Source: Ylistrum balloti (Eukaryota). From it: a stretch of 64,000 nucleotides of DNA. The notes below the pieces were generated by a model, which did no database searches, was not told where the DNA came from, and was given only the letters and a program-made list of their open reading frames with translations. Shown here piece by piece: positions 50,234 through 63,070 of the stretch. The DNA is taken from contig NW_026782259.1 in assembly GCF_031769215.1 (NCBI RefSeq), forward strand, positions 930,001 to 994,000. Direction: 5' to 3'. The translations under genes and the position numbers were made by a program. The stretch's first letter is position 1. Every line of letters starts with the position of its first letter.

Positions 50234-53200
50234 ATGATGCCCAGAATGCGAATGCCGATGAGAGCTCCACACCCAATGGGTCCTGGACCCCATGGCCCTG
50301 GAGGTCATCCAGGCGGTCCTCATGGTCCGCCAATGCCCCATCGTGCTCCTCACATCCCTCCTCATGGCCGTCCTGGACCACCAGGGCACATGGCTGGACC
50401 TCCACGCCAATCCATGCCTCCTCCTATTGGCCAAACATCTGTTGGTAGTGTCACAAATGACCCATCAACAGCTGGTGCCAGAGTGTTTGTGGGGAATCTC
50501 AACACAATAGCATTGTCAAAGGAAGAAGTTGAAGCAATCTTCAAGCGTTATGGGGCAGTGACTGGACTGTCAATGCACAAAGGCTACGCCTTCATCCAGT
50601 ATGCAAGACAAGCTGATGCTCGGAGGGCATGTATCAATGAAGATGGGAAAATGTATGCCAACCAGACCCTAGGTAAACAATGAACCTTACATTGTCAACA
50701 ATTTCAGAATTGTGAAAAAGCAGGTTCTGCCTTACTGGTTTGCAAAACAATATACTTCAATCATATTAAATTGCAAACATAAAACACATTGTAATGATAA
50801 AAATGCATCTGTGTTTAGGTAAAATTAAGCAAGATTCACATATATTTTCATTCTGAGCACTCTAAGCCTTGTATAATGTTTCTATGATAGAAGTGAAGTT
50901 TTTAGATGTTTATTCAAAGTTTAAGCAGTTGTGTAAATGATATATATACAAATGTATCTTATGCTTTTTATACTTTTACATAAACCTGGTCAGTTTTATC
51001 ATGTGTATATGAAAGACAACGAGTCTTTATTTGGTAATATTTATTGTGAAGTGACTGGTAATATTCCATTTCAGATATAAATATTGCATCAGAGCCAAAA
51101 CATCGGCAAACAACAGCTACAAATGCTGTTAAGAAGGCAACCACAAATTTTCAAAGGTATTCATTTGGAGACAGAATTTTAGTTTTGCAATGATTATAGA
51201 TACATATTTAAGAAGACTTTCGTGTAACAAGTTATAAGAATATCATACTTTTTTTTAATGCCCTTCTTAAGTAATTCCTTTTTTAATTTGAATGTAAGTA
51301 ATTGTTCTCTGATTTTTAGAAATGGTATTTTTCTCTTTTTTGTACTATATGTAAATTTTTATGATGGTATGAACAGTACTACAGCTAAATCTTCGGGAGT
51401 GAACCGAACGTTAAGTGGAGGAGGACCTCCAGCCAAGAAAATGAGGACAGATACACAGATTAGTGGCGGTATTAAGCGTACACTTGTCAGTCTGACATCT
51501 GGAGATATGGGCACTACAGCCAAGACTGGCCTCAACAAGAATTCAAATGCTGTATCTTCAAATGCCAGCAAGGTCGTGAGTAAGTAAATTCACAATGATT
51601 ATTTAAGTATGTACTTCACAGTTAAAAATACAGTGGACAGTCTAGTTTTAGTTCACAATGCGACCAATATTGATGAAGTGATCAGTAATCTGGGGTACCT
51701 ATTTGATATTTACTACCTTGGCTGACGAGTATTGACGGTCTATACTATGAGCTAAGATACTAATCTAATAATGATGTATCCTTACAATAATTACCAATAT
51801 GGTTGTGTAATTTTGACTTCGTGATTTTTCTATGCTGTTGGAGATTGAAATCTTTGCTTCAAAAGTTTTGTGTAATCACCATTTTCATTCACTTAACTTT
51901 GACTTGAGTGCTCAACATCCTAAAAATTTTCTGAAAGGTACTGACTTGAGTGCTCAACATCCTAAGAAATTTCTGAAAAGTACCGACTTGAGTACTCAAC
52001 GTCCTAAGAATTTTCTGAAAGGTACACTTGTAAGCCTATAGGATTGGTACATAAATGATACAAGAAGCGTGTAATTTATGTGGTAACTTTTCAACTTATC
52101 TTCTGCTCCTTTGTGTATTTTATAGTTGGAAAAGACGTACTGATCTGTGGTGTTTGTAAAAGTCAATTTGCCAGTCTTCACAGTCTGGCTCAACACAAGA
52201 AGACGCCGTGTCGTCTCAGGTTTTCTTGTATATGTAAAAATGCGCCACCTCCAGGTATGACAGCTATCATTTAATAACTAGTGTTGATAATGGTAGTTTT
52301 ATATATTAAGCTAATTGGTAGTACCTTACATTATTTCAATATGTACCTTAAAGGTGATTTCACAGACCATTGGTAATTATGAAATATAAAATAAGCTATT
52401 TTTTCCTTTATTACTATAATTGGTATTGTTTACTCCAATGTTTTGGACAGTTTAAAGGGATTGGTTAATATTTCTTTTACTGAATATGGTACCTATTTTC
52501 TACGTAAATCTTCAGTGTGAACATTTCCATTGTAAGACAACTACTGGAGGTAAAAAGATTTGATATTAGAGTATTAGGGAGTGAGGATCATAGGGTCAGT
52601 ATTTTCAGAAGGATGACTACCAGTAGACTGATATCCATTGTCCATCATTTTACAGAGAGTCCAGAACCAGCCATTTTGTTCTGTGCTCACTGTGATGCAC
52701 AGTTTGCAGCATGTTGGGATCTTGTTCTCCACGCACAGCAGGAACATAGTCTATCCATCTATAAGCAGGTAAGAACACAATTTTTTCTTTCTCATGAGGT
52801 GTTAAGAGGTCAAAGATCATTCAGAATTGATCTCTGTTGCAATATCATTTGAGAGGTGGTAAATGATTCTCTCTGAACAGTAATGTTGATTTCTTTTTAG
52901 ATAGCACCACACGAAATAAAAAAATATTTCTATTATCTATATACCATAGAAAAGTTGTAGATTAAATTTTTTCAGATTTGCAACAATTAAGTCGGATACT
53001 CTTAACCTTTGAAGACATGGCAAACAATTTAATTTAAACAAGTTATCTCACCGATCATGTACTACACAATATTGAAATTTGACTATTCAATTTTCATAAT
53101 TTCACCAAACAATTCCCATTCTGTGTCTTGAACTTGGAATGTACTCTGCTGTAAAATTACATAGTTGTTGTCAGTTGAAAAAATCCCCCAAATATACAGG

Positions 53201-54105
53201 AGCATACAGACAGCAGTCATTTGTTGTATGTTTTATGGTAGTTGGCCAGTTTCACCAACTACTATAAAACATACAACAACAAAAGACTGCTGTCTGTATG
53301 TTCCTATACCTGACTGCTTCAGACTTATTGCCTACAACTGAAATGTTCATAAGGTTGCTTTCAAAGTTTGTGGATGTTTACTGTTTATTGTTAAAGGATC
53401 ACAAAGTGATTAAGTACATATGTATTAACAAAGGAGAAATTTATGAAAATTGTGAGATTGATTATTTTTCAAAGTGTCCTGAATTGGATCTGATTGATTT
53501 TGTTTTCAGGAAGGAGAAGAAAACACAGAAGTAGTTGTTGAGGTGAGTGATAATAGTTATGATGTACTTTATATTAGCTACAGTTGGAACAATTGCTTGG
53601 AAATCAATGATGTTATTCATATATGAAATGTCAGATTGTTGTCTTACTTGTTGTTCACAGTCCACACTATGAGTACTTTAATAACATTGTACATTTAACT
53701 TGTAAATATAGGTTACATCCATATTTAATGGCTATCATCTTTCAGTTTGAATAATTGGCTGTTTATGTCAAAATTTCTTACAAGCAAATATTGACCACTC
53801 ATGTTTACTGCAAAAATATCTTAAGTCTGCCATGTGATGTTCAAAATGCCTTTTGCCTGTGGTCAGAGGAATTTTCAAATTAAAGAGCAAATTAAAGGAA
53901 AGGATTAAACTGATAAAGAACAATTTAATGACATACCATGGTGTGCCAAGATGTTAGTGGGGTTTGTTTTATAAATGACTGTACAACAAATTCATATATC
54001 AGTTAGATGAAAGGAATTGGATATGTTATTGAGAGTAATGAATTTTTTTTTCTGTTGCAGGAAGTGTTGGTTGCAGACGGAGAGGGAGAAGTGAATGGAG
54101 AGTGA
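50234..54105 (+). CDS. HNRNPC: hnRNP C/RALY-like RRM protein with a Pro/Gly/His-rich N-terminus, two zinc fingers (CCHC and C2H2, BCL11/ZFP64-like) and an acidic tail; 347 aa
   Basis: Exons 50234-50672, 51075-51156, 51377-51579, 52126-52254, 52656-52768, 53510-53542 and 54061-54105 total 1044 nt, with all phases consistent. The RRM RVFVGNLNTIALSKEEVEAIFKRYG..MHKGYAFIQY..ARRACINEDGKMYANQTLDINIASEPK closely follows hnRNP C/RALY. NLS-like PPAKKMR. The symbol denotes family likeness, not tested orthology. Confidence 0.9.
51901..52026. repeat. 42-bp tandem repeat (3 copies) in hnRNP C-like intron 3
   Basis: Unit GACTTGAGTGCTCAACATCCTAAAAATTTTCTGAAAGGTACT. Confidence 0.92.
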
Positions 54106-57100
54106 GAGGAGGACATGATGATCCCTCAGGGTGAGGAAGGCTTCACTGTTTATTGTCAAAACTTCCTTTTACAGTCCAGGCCAATGGCTGACACATGTGA
54201 CCTGAGGACTAAAACAAGGGGGATAATCAGCACCAGGGATCTGTTACCACACACCGTAGTAAATTGTTGCAATTTATTTTTCATTGTTTGATATGAACAG
54301 CTTGTTCAAGGTATCTGGTATCTATAAGTCAAAGTGTAATGTATATTTTGTATTGCATAATTACAACATTGTTATGTCGACACCCTTATTATGATCATGT
54401 TCACGTGTTAATAGGTATTTGATGTCTGTGCAGTTGAGAAGAGGTGAATTTATTTATGCTGTTTGTCAACTTTAAACTTAGTCATATATAAATTTAAAAT
54501 TAGCATTGTCATTTGAGACCTTTAATTGAAAATATCTTCGTCAGATCCATCCAATCATTATTCTGAAGTGTAAACTATGTTTTAATATATGTTAAATTCA
54601 ATGTGTTAATGCAATTTTTGAGAAATTTTAGAAGTTACACGTTTGATATCATGCCTTCGTGTAAGTCTGAAAGGAATTTGTTTTTATGTAATGCTAAGTT
54701 TGTGTTTGTACATTGAAATGTTAGAGCCGTTACCTTGAATGAAAATCATGAAGGTATATATGGCATTGTCATATATGAAAGCATTGGTGTGTTCATAGCT
54801 AGGGTGTATTAAGTGGATAAGTTGATGTGCATTTATCATATTGTTACTTTTGGTTTTAAAGTTTGTAAATGTTCATATCTCGCCTTGGAATCTTATTGTC
54901 TGTACATGTATATAGATGTTCATCTCTTACTATGGAATCCTGTCATCACCTGCCAAGAATAAATACAAATGTCATGTCTATCCTGAGATAATATTAGTTA
55001 TTGTATAAATCTGACCAATTATAAGAATTTTCATTCTGTATATATCATCAAAGTTGAATTTTGGTGAGCTATACAGTAAGTCTATTGTGTTCTGGAGGTC
55101 TTTTTATTATAACAAGTCCCGGATACAATTTGTTGATGGTAAGGTTAAATGCCTATTTATACACATGCACTAAATTAAAAATTGATATTTCATCTTTACC
55201 AATGATTAATTGATTTATAGTTGATTTTCTTGATTGATCGGTTATTATTCATAATTTCATTTCCCTGTGGATCAGTTATTCAATCTGAGTTACAACATAA
55301 TTAGTTCTCACATGATAAAACATGTTTGATTTTGTAGTAATACGTTGATACTGACTTTTCAAGCTTTTCTTTTATCTACAAAGAAATTGTTAGTACCCAG
55401 GTACATTCATTCAGTCTATTTAATAAGTTTATGGAAAGCTTCACACTATTTGAAAAACATTCTAAATTTTTGAAAATACTGTTTGAATAGCTTGAATTTT
55501 TGTATCAATTTTCAAAATATTTGAACTGTTTTGTACCCTTTGTTCAATAAATCTGTATCAGAGTTAATTTTGATTTATGTACTTGTTAACATATTTTTTT
55601 TTCTCAAATAAAATAACATCTAGGGACTATTATTTGTTTTTTCATCTCTTCTTTTAACATATGTCATGGACCATTTGAAGGTGAAATTGTTTAATTAATC
55701 TTTTTGACAAAGCATGTCTTTAAGTTATTTTTATTTTGGTCCTATAACTGGAAAATGAATTTCATTTGAAGAAGAGGTAAACTTTAAATGATTTTATAAT
55801 CACGAAACAAGTCTTTGTCTGCTATATTTTGTGCAGTAATCTTTTGATTGTCAAAGATCTTACAATTTCTCTTATGCTAAACACTGATGGTTATGACTCT
55901 AGAGAAGACATAATATCTTAAGTTATTGGATGGACAGTTGAAAAACTTCAACTTTCAGTTTTTTTAGAGTCAATTTAATCTATTTTCCACACAAGAAATT
56001 CTGCATATTGAGATGATTTTCAACCCACTGTAAATTCATTTAAAATAAGTTTTATGATAAAGTGAGATTGTCCCTGTTTCGTTTATTTAAAAAAAATCAT
56101 TCAAATAAGTGCTTGTAATTAACAGCAGATGCTTGCAGATCACACATGGTAATCATTTCATAGAAAACTTAAATTGCTAGATGGTTCCTTGAAAACATTA
56201 TTTTAGAAAATCTTAAAAACAGATAAAAAATTAATCTTTAGTAAAATCAATTTTCTCTTGTTTTTTTTTCAGACACCAAGTTTAGATACACTAAGAAAAA
56301 ATGAATACTGATTTTCATTAGCTTTCTGTTAAATTGTCAAATTCAACATTTCAATACCATTTTTTTTCTAAATTGTGAAGATATCAACTTAAATGAATCT
56401 CTTAAGTCTTGATGGAAGCTCTTGGTCAATTTGATGGAAATTTGGCTACTTGGACAGTTTATTGTAGGCTTTAACATAAGGTTCTTTTCTAGACTGCTTT
56501 TATGAAATAAGGCCCAAGTGTTCCTAACTTAAGTGGAAATCTAGTAAAGAAATTTTGCATATGAATCCTGGTGCACAGTATTATAATATGAAAGCTGGTT
56601 GTGGACTATTTCAAAATTTAATTTTCTCATAAAGAATAAGTGAAGCATTGCCATATTGTTTTGCAGGAAAGATTGTCATTTCAAACATTGTTAAAGAATT
56701 CATCAACATAAAGCATAGGTGAATATTTAACACCCAAGTCTTTAATCTTTAAAAGCATATTCCCAAGTATTTTTTACATAAACTATACTGATCATATGTC
56801 TTTTGACCAAGTATATACCAATACATGGCAGAGTAATGTTCACTATGTTGAGCTTAAACAATAAAGTGTATTATCAAAAGTCCAGAACAGATGATTTATT
56901 GGTAAAGATACAACAGTTAAAGTTTTACATCCACAATAAATTAGATTTTATTGTGTTTTTATAAAGATTGCTATTAAGATTTCTCCTGTATCTTGTGAAC
57001 CAGACTCGAAAAAAAACCAAAATGCTTTTTCAGCATTCTGATGGGTATGCTGTTAATCTTTAGAACAGTTATGTTTTTGTTCCACCACACAAGCAATAAA

Positions 57101-60100
57101 AAAAACTTTGTGTTCTACTGCATTCAACACAGCTTAATGCAGTATACAGAAATTATTAAAAGGCTACATAGAAATTAGAAGTTGCTTAAGAGATATACTC
57201 TTACAAGAAATTTCAGAATCATAGTATTTTACTGAGGAATCATCTCATGATTAAAAACATGTCGTTAACGTGTTCTGCTTAAACAATCATAAAAAAATTT
57301 TTCATCTTGAAGACATTATCTTAGGAAAATATTGTAGTTTTGTTATTCTGGAATAGATATTTGTAGCAGAAACATTACATAAAGATGTATTTTTTATAAA
57401 GAATATTGATATATGTATATTATGCGATTTGCACATTTGTTTGGTCCACCCTATTTTTAACCTTTTAAACTTATTTTTTGATGACCTCTACATGAATCTA
57501 AGAATGGCCAATCCGATATTTACCTCCTCCCAATGACGTTTTTCGCAATTGGTTTTGTCTGATTACCTGAAAGATAAACATTTTTCTCCTTAATTAAAAT
57601 CTTCCCTGATATATTTTGTTATATTGCAGTATGATTAAAAATTGCAGTAATAAGTATAGTCATAGTTTGAACGAGAATTGAATGTTTGGTAAACTGGCTG
57701 TGTCAAACCCACCTAAGTATCTAACGGGACGAAACTGGAAGCAATTAATATTCATGCCTTGAAGACAAAGGCAAATAACATGAGATATTAACAATGAATT
57801 CACTACCTTAAGCTTAAACACGTTTTTGTGTCATACTACACATTTGGGGTCACAGCAAGATGTATACTGATTTTATACTGGCAAAAGTTTTGCAATCCAG
57901 TCTAACAAGTATTTCTTTTAAACTTAAGTTGAAATTGAATTTTACTAAGGATCACTCAAGGAAACTCTTTAAAATAGCTTTGATGGTTGACAACAGTTTG
58001 GGTGTCCGATGACACCAGACGCTTTGGGAAAGATCTGCAGTCTTGAACACAGCAGTTACTTATATACATAGATGGAGTTTTTATGGAATCATTACATGGT
58101 GAACAATTCCAATTTTAAAAAGGTGAAATCTATATTTGGATTTCAGTTACAAGTTAAATAGCAGAGGTATACAATTCGAGTTTAAAAAGAAGAGATATAT
58201 GTAATGCATTAAAAGAAATACCACGCTGCAAGTGGTTGTTAATAACTTATTGTTTTATAAATTTTCAATGAGTTATGTTCCTTATCCCTCCCTTGTGTTG
58301 TTGAATCTTGGCAGAATCCTATGATCACTGTTTGCAGAATCCCATGATCACTGCTTTAGATTTATTGGAACACATGTACGAAACTTCATCTACAGAATGT
58401 AAAGTCTTGAAAACGATTTATTGATGAATTTTAATCAATATTGTTGCAATGTTGGTCTTTTTGAACACCATTCTTCCCTCATATTTTTATTTTTGGAGTT
58501 TTGGAGATGATGAAAGAAACTTTACCTTTCTCACCTCTCCTCCAATAAGAATAACTTTCCTTCAGAAACATAATGTAACAATTCATTTACAAGATAACAT
58601 TAAAAATACTGAAAATGCTACTACTACCAGTGTGTAATACCTACAGGTAGTTTTTGTTCTGAAGAATAGTATGGAATGAAGAATTATTGATTTATTAAAT
58701 TTTAACACAAGATCCACAACTGGAGTAAATGATTGTAAAAAAAAATCAGCAAATTAAACAGTTTAATTGTAAGCTTGAGAATAAATAAACCAATGAAGTG
58801 GAGAATCTCACTGATATGTGAAATGACGTGAAAGGAAAATTTTTTTCATAAAATCTTATTGATTGAAGAAATCAAAGACCTTCCAGTTTTTTCTTAAAGA
58901 GTATACACACACGAAACATTTTTTAGAATTTTTGCCATGCTTGGATAAAATGAATGCCAGTGCCCTGAAGCAGTCTACACCGACTTTGCTACCAGCTTGT
59001 TGAAGGAAGTCATGTTTTTTATCGGTAAGATATTTTTTGTTAAAGATTATATAGTTTGTATCATGTATTATTAAGCATAGTTCTCTTGATCTGAATGGAA
59101 AAAATGATAGGAAATTTAATTTTGTGTAAATGTTTCAAGACTGTTATTTAACAATTTGACAAACCATCCATATCCCCTATTTTAAATATGGAGATTTTTT
59201 GTTAACGATAATTATTTTCCGTAACTGTTTTGTTCAATGAAATAAAATATGCAGGTCAGCAATAGTGTTTAATGAATAGGAAAAACAGGTTTTGGCATTG
59301 TATTCTGAAGTAGTAAGTACTAAAGAAGTGTTGATAGTTGTGATCATATCTGCAATTTTTACGACAATAGGAAAAACAAATCAGTGTATCGTGTTTGTGT
59401 ATGATGATTGTTTGTATTGTTATTTTTTTTATTTCTGCATGCATATTGTATTAGTCTTTTCCAAGTAATTGTGTTCCTTGTGCAAAAATAAGATATTTAT
59501 TATATCTGTACATATGTTTTTTGCCAGATTGATTTTTAAGTGTCTTGTTTTGGCAAAATGCATTCTATGTTATGTGTTAACTTTTAAGAAAACATGATAT
59601 TATACTGTATTTCCATATTAACCCTCGTTTAATGATTAAGGAAAACGATTTTGTCACCCTGCCCAAAGTAAACTTAACAGCCACTTTTACAAAATCCTAA
59701 TTTTGATGTTTTTTCACTGCTGTTGTTATTTCCCCCTTTTTACAAGATTCAGATTTTTTGGTAGATAACGCTAATCTTTGGAGCCTGTTGTTTTCATTGT
59801 TGATAGTTAGGATATGTATAACACTTGTAACTGGAGTTCAGGCCAACAAGTCAACACAACCTTTAAAAAATATTTAATGTTAGTTTATTTCATGGTTTTC
59901 TTCTGTTCGTTTCGCAGTTTGTTGTACTCCTCTAAACAAAATATTTCTGTTAATATGAACATGGATAGATAATCCCTATCAGTTGGTTTTTCAATTAGGA
60001 ACAATTCTTTAAATGTAATATTACAAATATAGACAAATACCTGAGAGACAATGAGCACAGACATGCTACAAACAACATATTACAATAAACATGTTTTGTT

Positions 60101-60279
60101 TGTTGGGGTTAACATCCAGTGAACAACCATGGTCACTTTGTAGTAGTGACAACCAGGCTGAAAAACCTATGGGAGGCCTATGGAATATCATCCAGACCAA
60201 TTAAGCTAAAGTATCTTATCTGAGAACCGCCACAACATCTCTGACCAACCTGTTTCTCCGCTTAAATATACAAACCATA

Positions 60280-60660
60280 GTGACAGACTCCATCATCATA
60301 TGCATATCACAATATGAGGCTGTAACACAGGGTTGCTATAATGACAGACAGACTAGTTATGTATCGCAATATGGGACTGTTATAGTGTTGCCATAGTGAC
60401 CTGGTATGATTTTGACTTACATGAGAAAGATAACTCAATATGAGGCTCTGATACAGGGTCACTAGTGATGGATGAACTAGCTACATTTCACAATATGTTA
60501 CTGTGATACATGGTTGTTATAGTGACAGACAAAACTAGCTACATATCACAATATGTTACTGTGATACATGGTTGTTATAGTGACAGACAAAACTAGCTAC
60601 ATATCACAATATGTTACTGTGATACATGGTTGTTATAGTGACAGACAAAACTAGCTACAC
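60280..60660. repeat. 58-bp tandem repeat (3 near-perfect plus about 3 degenerate copies)
   Basis: ACATATCACAATATGTTACTGTGATACATGGTTGTTATAGTGACAGACAAAACTAGCT; copies become more divergent toward the left. Confidence 0.9.
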
Positions 60661-61177
60661 ATCATAGTAGTATCAAGCACTTGTGAAAGATAGTGCCCTG
60701 TAACGTTTCCGACAATGACTTTGAATACTTGATAGGTTTACTGTAAATCACTCCTATTTCTTATTGGATTTATTTTCACGTGAGGAGTCAATTTCTAATT
60801 CAAAACTTTCAATATTATTTTTGATAAAATAACTCCTGATGGCATCCATGCTAATTTAGTCATGAAGAGCCCAGGTCTCCAGTAAATAGCTTATCATTTG
60901 CAAATTTAACTTTTCTAGATGGGCATTCGCAAACTCATGTATTCGCAAATATGTCTGAAGAGGTAAGTTTACTATAAGTGTTTGTTAAATCTAAGTGATT
61001 TACAGTACTATCACAACATATACAGGTGCTCTCCTCAGTGGCAGTCTGATTTGATACCATTTGGTTTTATTTGAAAAGATTGCCTACATGGTTTATATGC
61101 AGTTAGAGGATATTTGTTCCATTTTTAACACGTTTATCATGGAGTACCTCTACAATACACACTATGCAGAGAGGAAT

Positions 61178-61520
61178 AGATGGTTGCCATTGAGTTGTTA
61201 GGTCCTTGGATGAGCTGTACACTAGTTTATGATATGTTATGTAGTTATACACCAATTCTACTGTAGTGACGAGTACAATGCATTTCTGTGATGGTTGCCA
61301 TTGAGTTGTTAGGTCCTTGGATGAGCTGTACACTAGTTTATGATATGTTATGTAGTTATACACCAATTCTACTGTATTGACGAGTACAATGCGTCTCTGT
61401 GATGGTTGCCATCGAGTTGTTAGGTCCTTGGATGAGCTGTACACTAGTTTATGACATGTTACATTTGTAGTTATACACCAATTCTACTGTAGTGACGAGT
61501 ACGATGCATTTCTGTGATAG
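61178..61520. repeat. 111-bp tandem repeat (3 copies)
   Basis: GATGGTTGCCATTGAGTTGTTAGGTCCTTGGATGAGCTGTACACTAG recurs; the 37-aa periodicity of ORF 61103-61444 gives the 111-bp period. Confidence 0.93.
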
Positions 61521-62999
61521 TTAGTGAAGGGTTATATAAAATGGATTGTGACATTGAAGGAAACACATTCAATAAAAGTTGTTAATTATGTAGTGTAAAA
61601 TTTATCAAATACTGCAGGTTTTTAACTTTCTATTTGAAAATGGTGGTAGCATGGATTTCCTTGGTTTTCCTTTGAGCATTCTTCAAGACTGATTTATTCA
61701 AATTTGATTAGGAGGTTAAGCTTTAAAAAAACCTGAAATGGGACAATGATAACCTACTGTATGAATTGAATAAACAAGTTTAAATATGAAGTATGGTCAA
61801 AAGATTAATTGGAGTTGACTTAATTTGTCTTTTAGCATTCTGAACCAAATTGTTTACTACAAAGTTGCCACACAGGTAAATGGTTTTCAATGAAGTTTTC
61901 AACCACATGTTATTCTAATACTATTTCTTCTTGGATAAATCATCCACAAAGCACAATGATTCTCTTTAGTTTTACTGAACTTATGATAAATTTAAACAGG
62001 GGTTATGAAATTACCCTATTACAGTGAAAATAACAGAGTGGATCAATAGAAGTAATTTAGAAGTTTTGATGCAGACTGACAAGACATTAAGAGATTATGA
62101 CAATTTCAAAATTCAGAAAGAAATATGTCGAATTGAAATAAATATTTCTGCCAATAAACAAGGATACATACTGGGAATATCAATGGCATGAAGCTTTGGA
62201 GTTTGAAATACGATTATATTTAAACAATCGTTTTTAGTTTCTCTTTCTTTTCTGTTCCTCAAAAATGGTGCAGGTGTTGCTTCTAGCATGTCTTCTTAGA
62301 GAAAGGTAATTTGTATCCTATAGGTTATACTCTTACTTTGAGGAAGAACAGGATCAGAGTCCTGATATTTTCCATTAAAAGTATTAAGGATAACAAAGTG
62401 TAACACTAATGACTTTACTTTAATGTACATTGTATATCGTAAGATGTTTGGGAGGAGGGTGGGGGCGGGGGGAATACTCTTTAAAAAATCAACTCAGATG
62501 TGCAACCGATCTGGAGTTGCAGAGCTGAAGCTAGTCAAATGATTTGAAATTTACATTGCAATGTAATTAGAAACAAGAGAAAAAATAAGTATGTCTAGAT
62601 ATTTCCCGTTAAATTCTTGGTGCGGTGAATAAGAGATTGCTGTTCTTTTCAATTTCATTTATTGATTTATTCTTTTACTGCACAATGATGGCATAAAGAA
62701 TCATTTCAGATTAGAAAAGAAAAAGGATTTTATTATGTTTTCTCAAATTGAAAGAATATGACATTATGGTAATTATTGTGTATTTTTGAAACTTTATATT
62801 ATATTTTTGTATATTTTTAATCCTTTTAAAGGCATTATTTTTGCTTTGCTGTTGTAACATACAACTTTGCCATTATGGAACCAACAAAGAAGAAGGTTAT
62901 TTTTGTACAAACCTCTTGAAAGTATGTAAATGGACGTAAGTATGGTTTTGACATTATTCATTATTGGTTGATTTTTTTATATATTCTCCGGGTTCTTCG

Positions 63000-63070
63000 A
63001 CCGCCATTTAGTTTCTAAATTCCACTTCCGGTTAGCGAACGTCGTTGCCGCCATGTTGTCCATTTTTGCG
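63000..63070. promoter_or_regulatory. Promoter-like GC-enriched cluster (ETS plus two YY1-like motifs)
   Basis: CCGCCATTT at 63001, ACTTCCGG (reverse CCGGAAGT) at about 63025 and GCCGCCATGTTG at about 63047, in an otherwise very AT-rich region. The associated gene was not identified. Confidence 0.5.

Noticed and set aside
51258-51376. In-frame alternative acceptor at 51319 adding NGIFLFFVLYVNFYDGMN
   Set aside because: The T-rich, intron-like composition favours the acceptor at 51376. It cannot be excluded without transcripts.
57524-58658. Minus-strand micro-exon candidates (58658-58641, 58559-58535, 57566-57524) that can be joined in frame as TKTTCRKVILIGGEVIRQNQLRKTSLGG
   Set aside because: No start, end or homology could be recognised, and such short AG-GT segments occur by chance. 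RNA-seq is needed.
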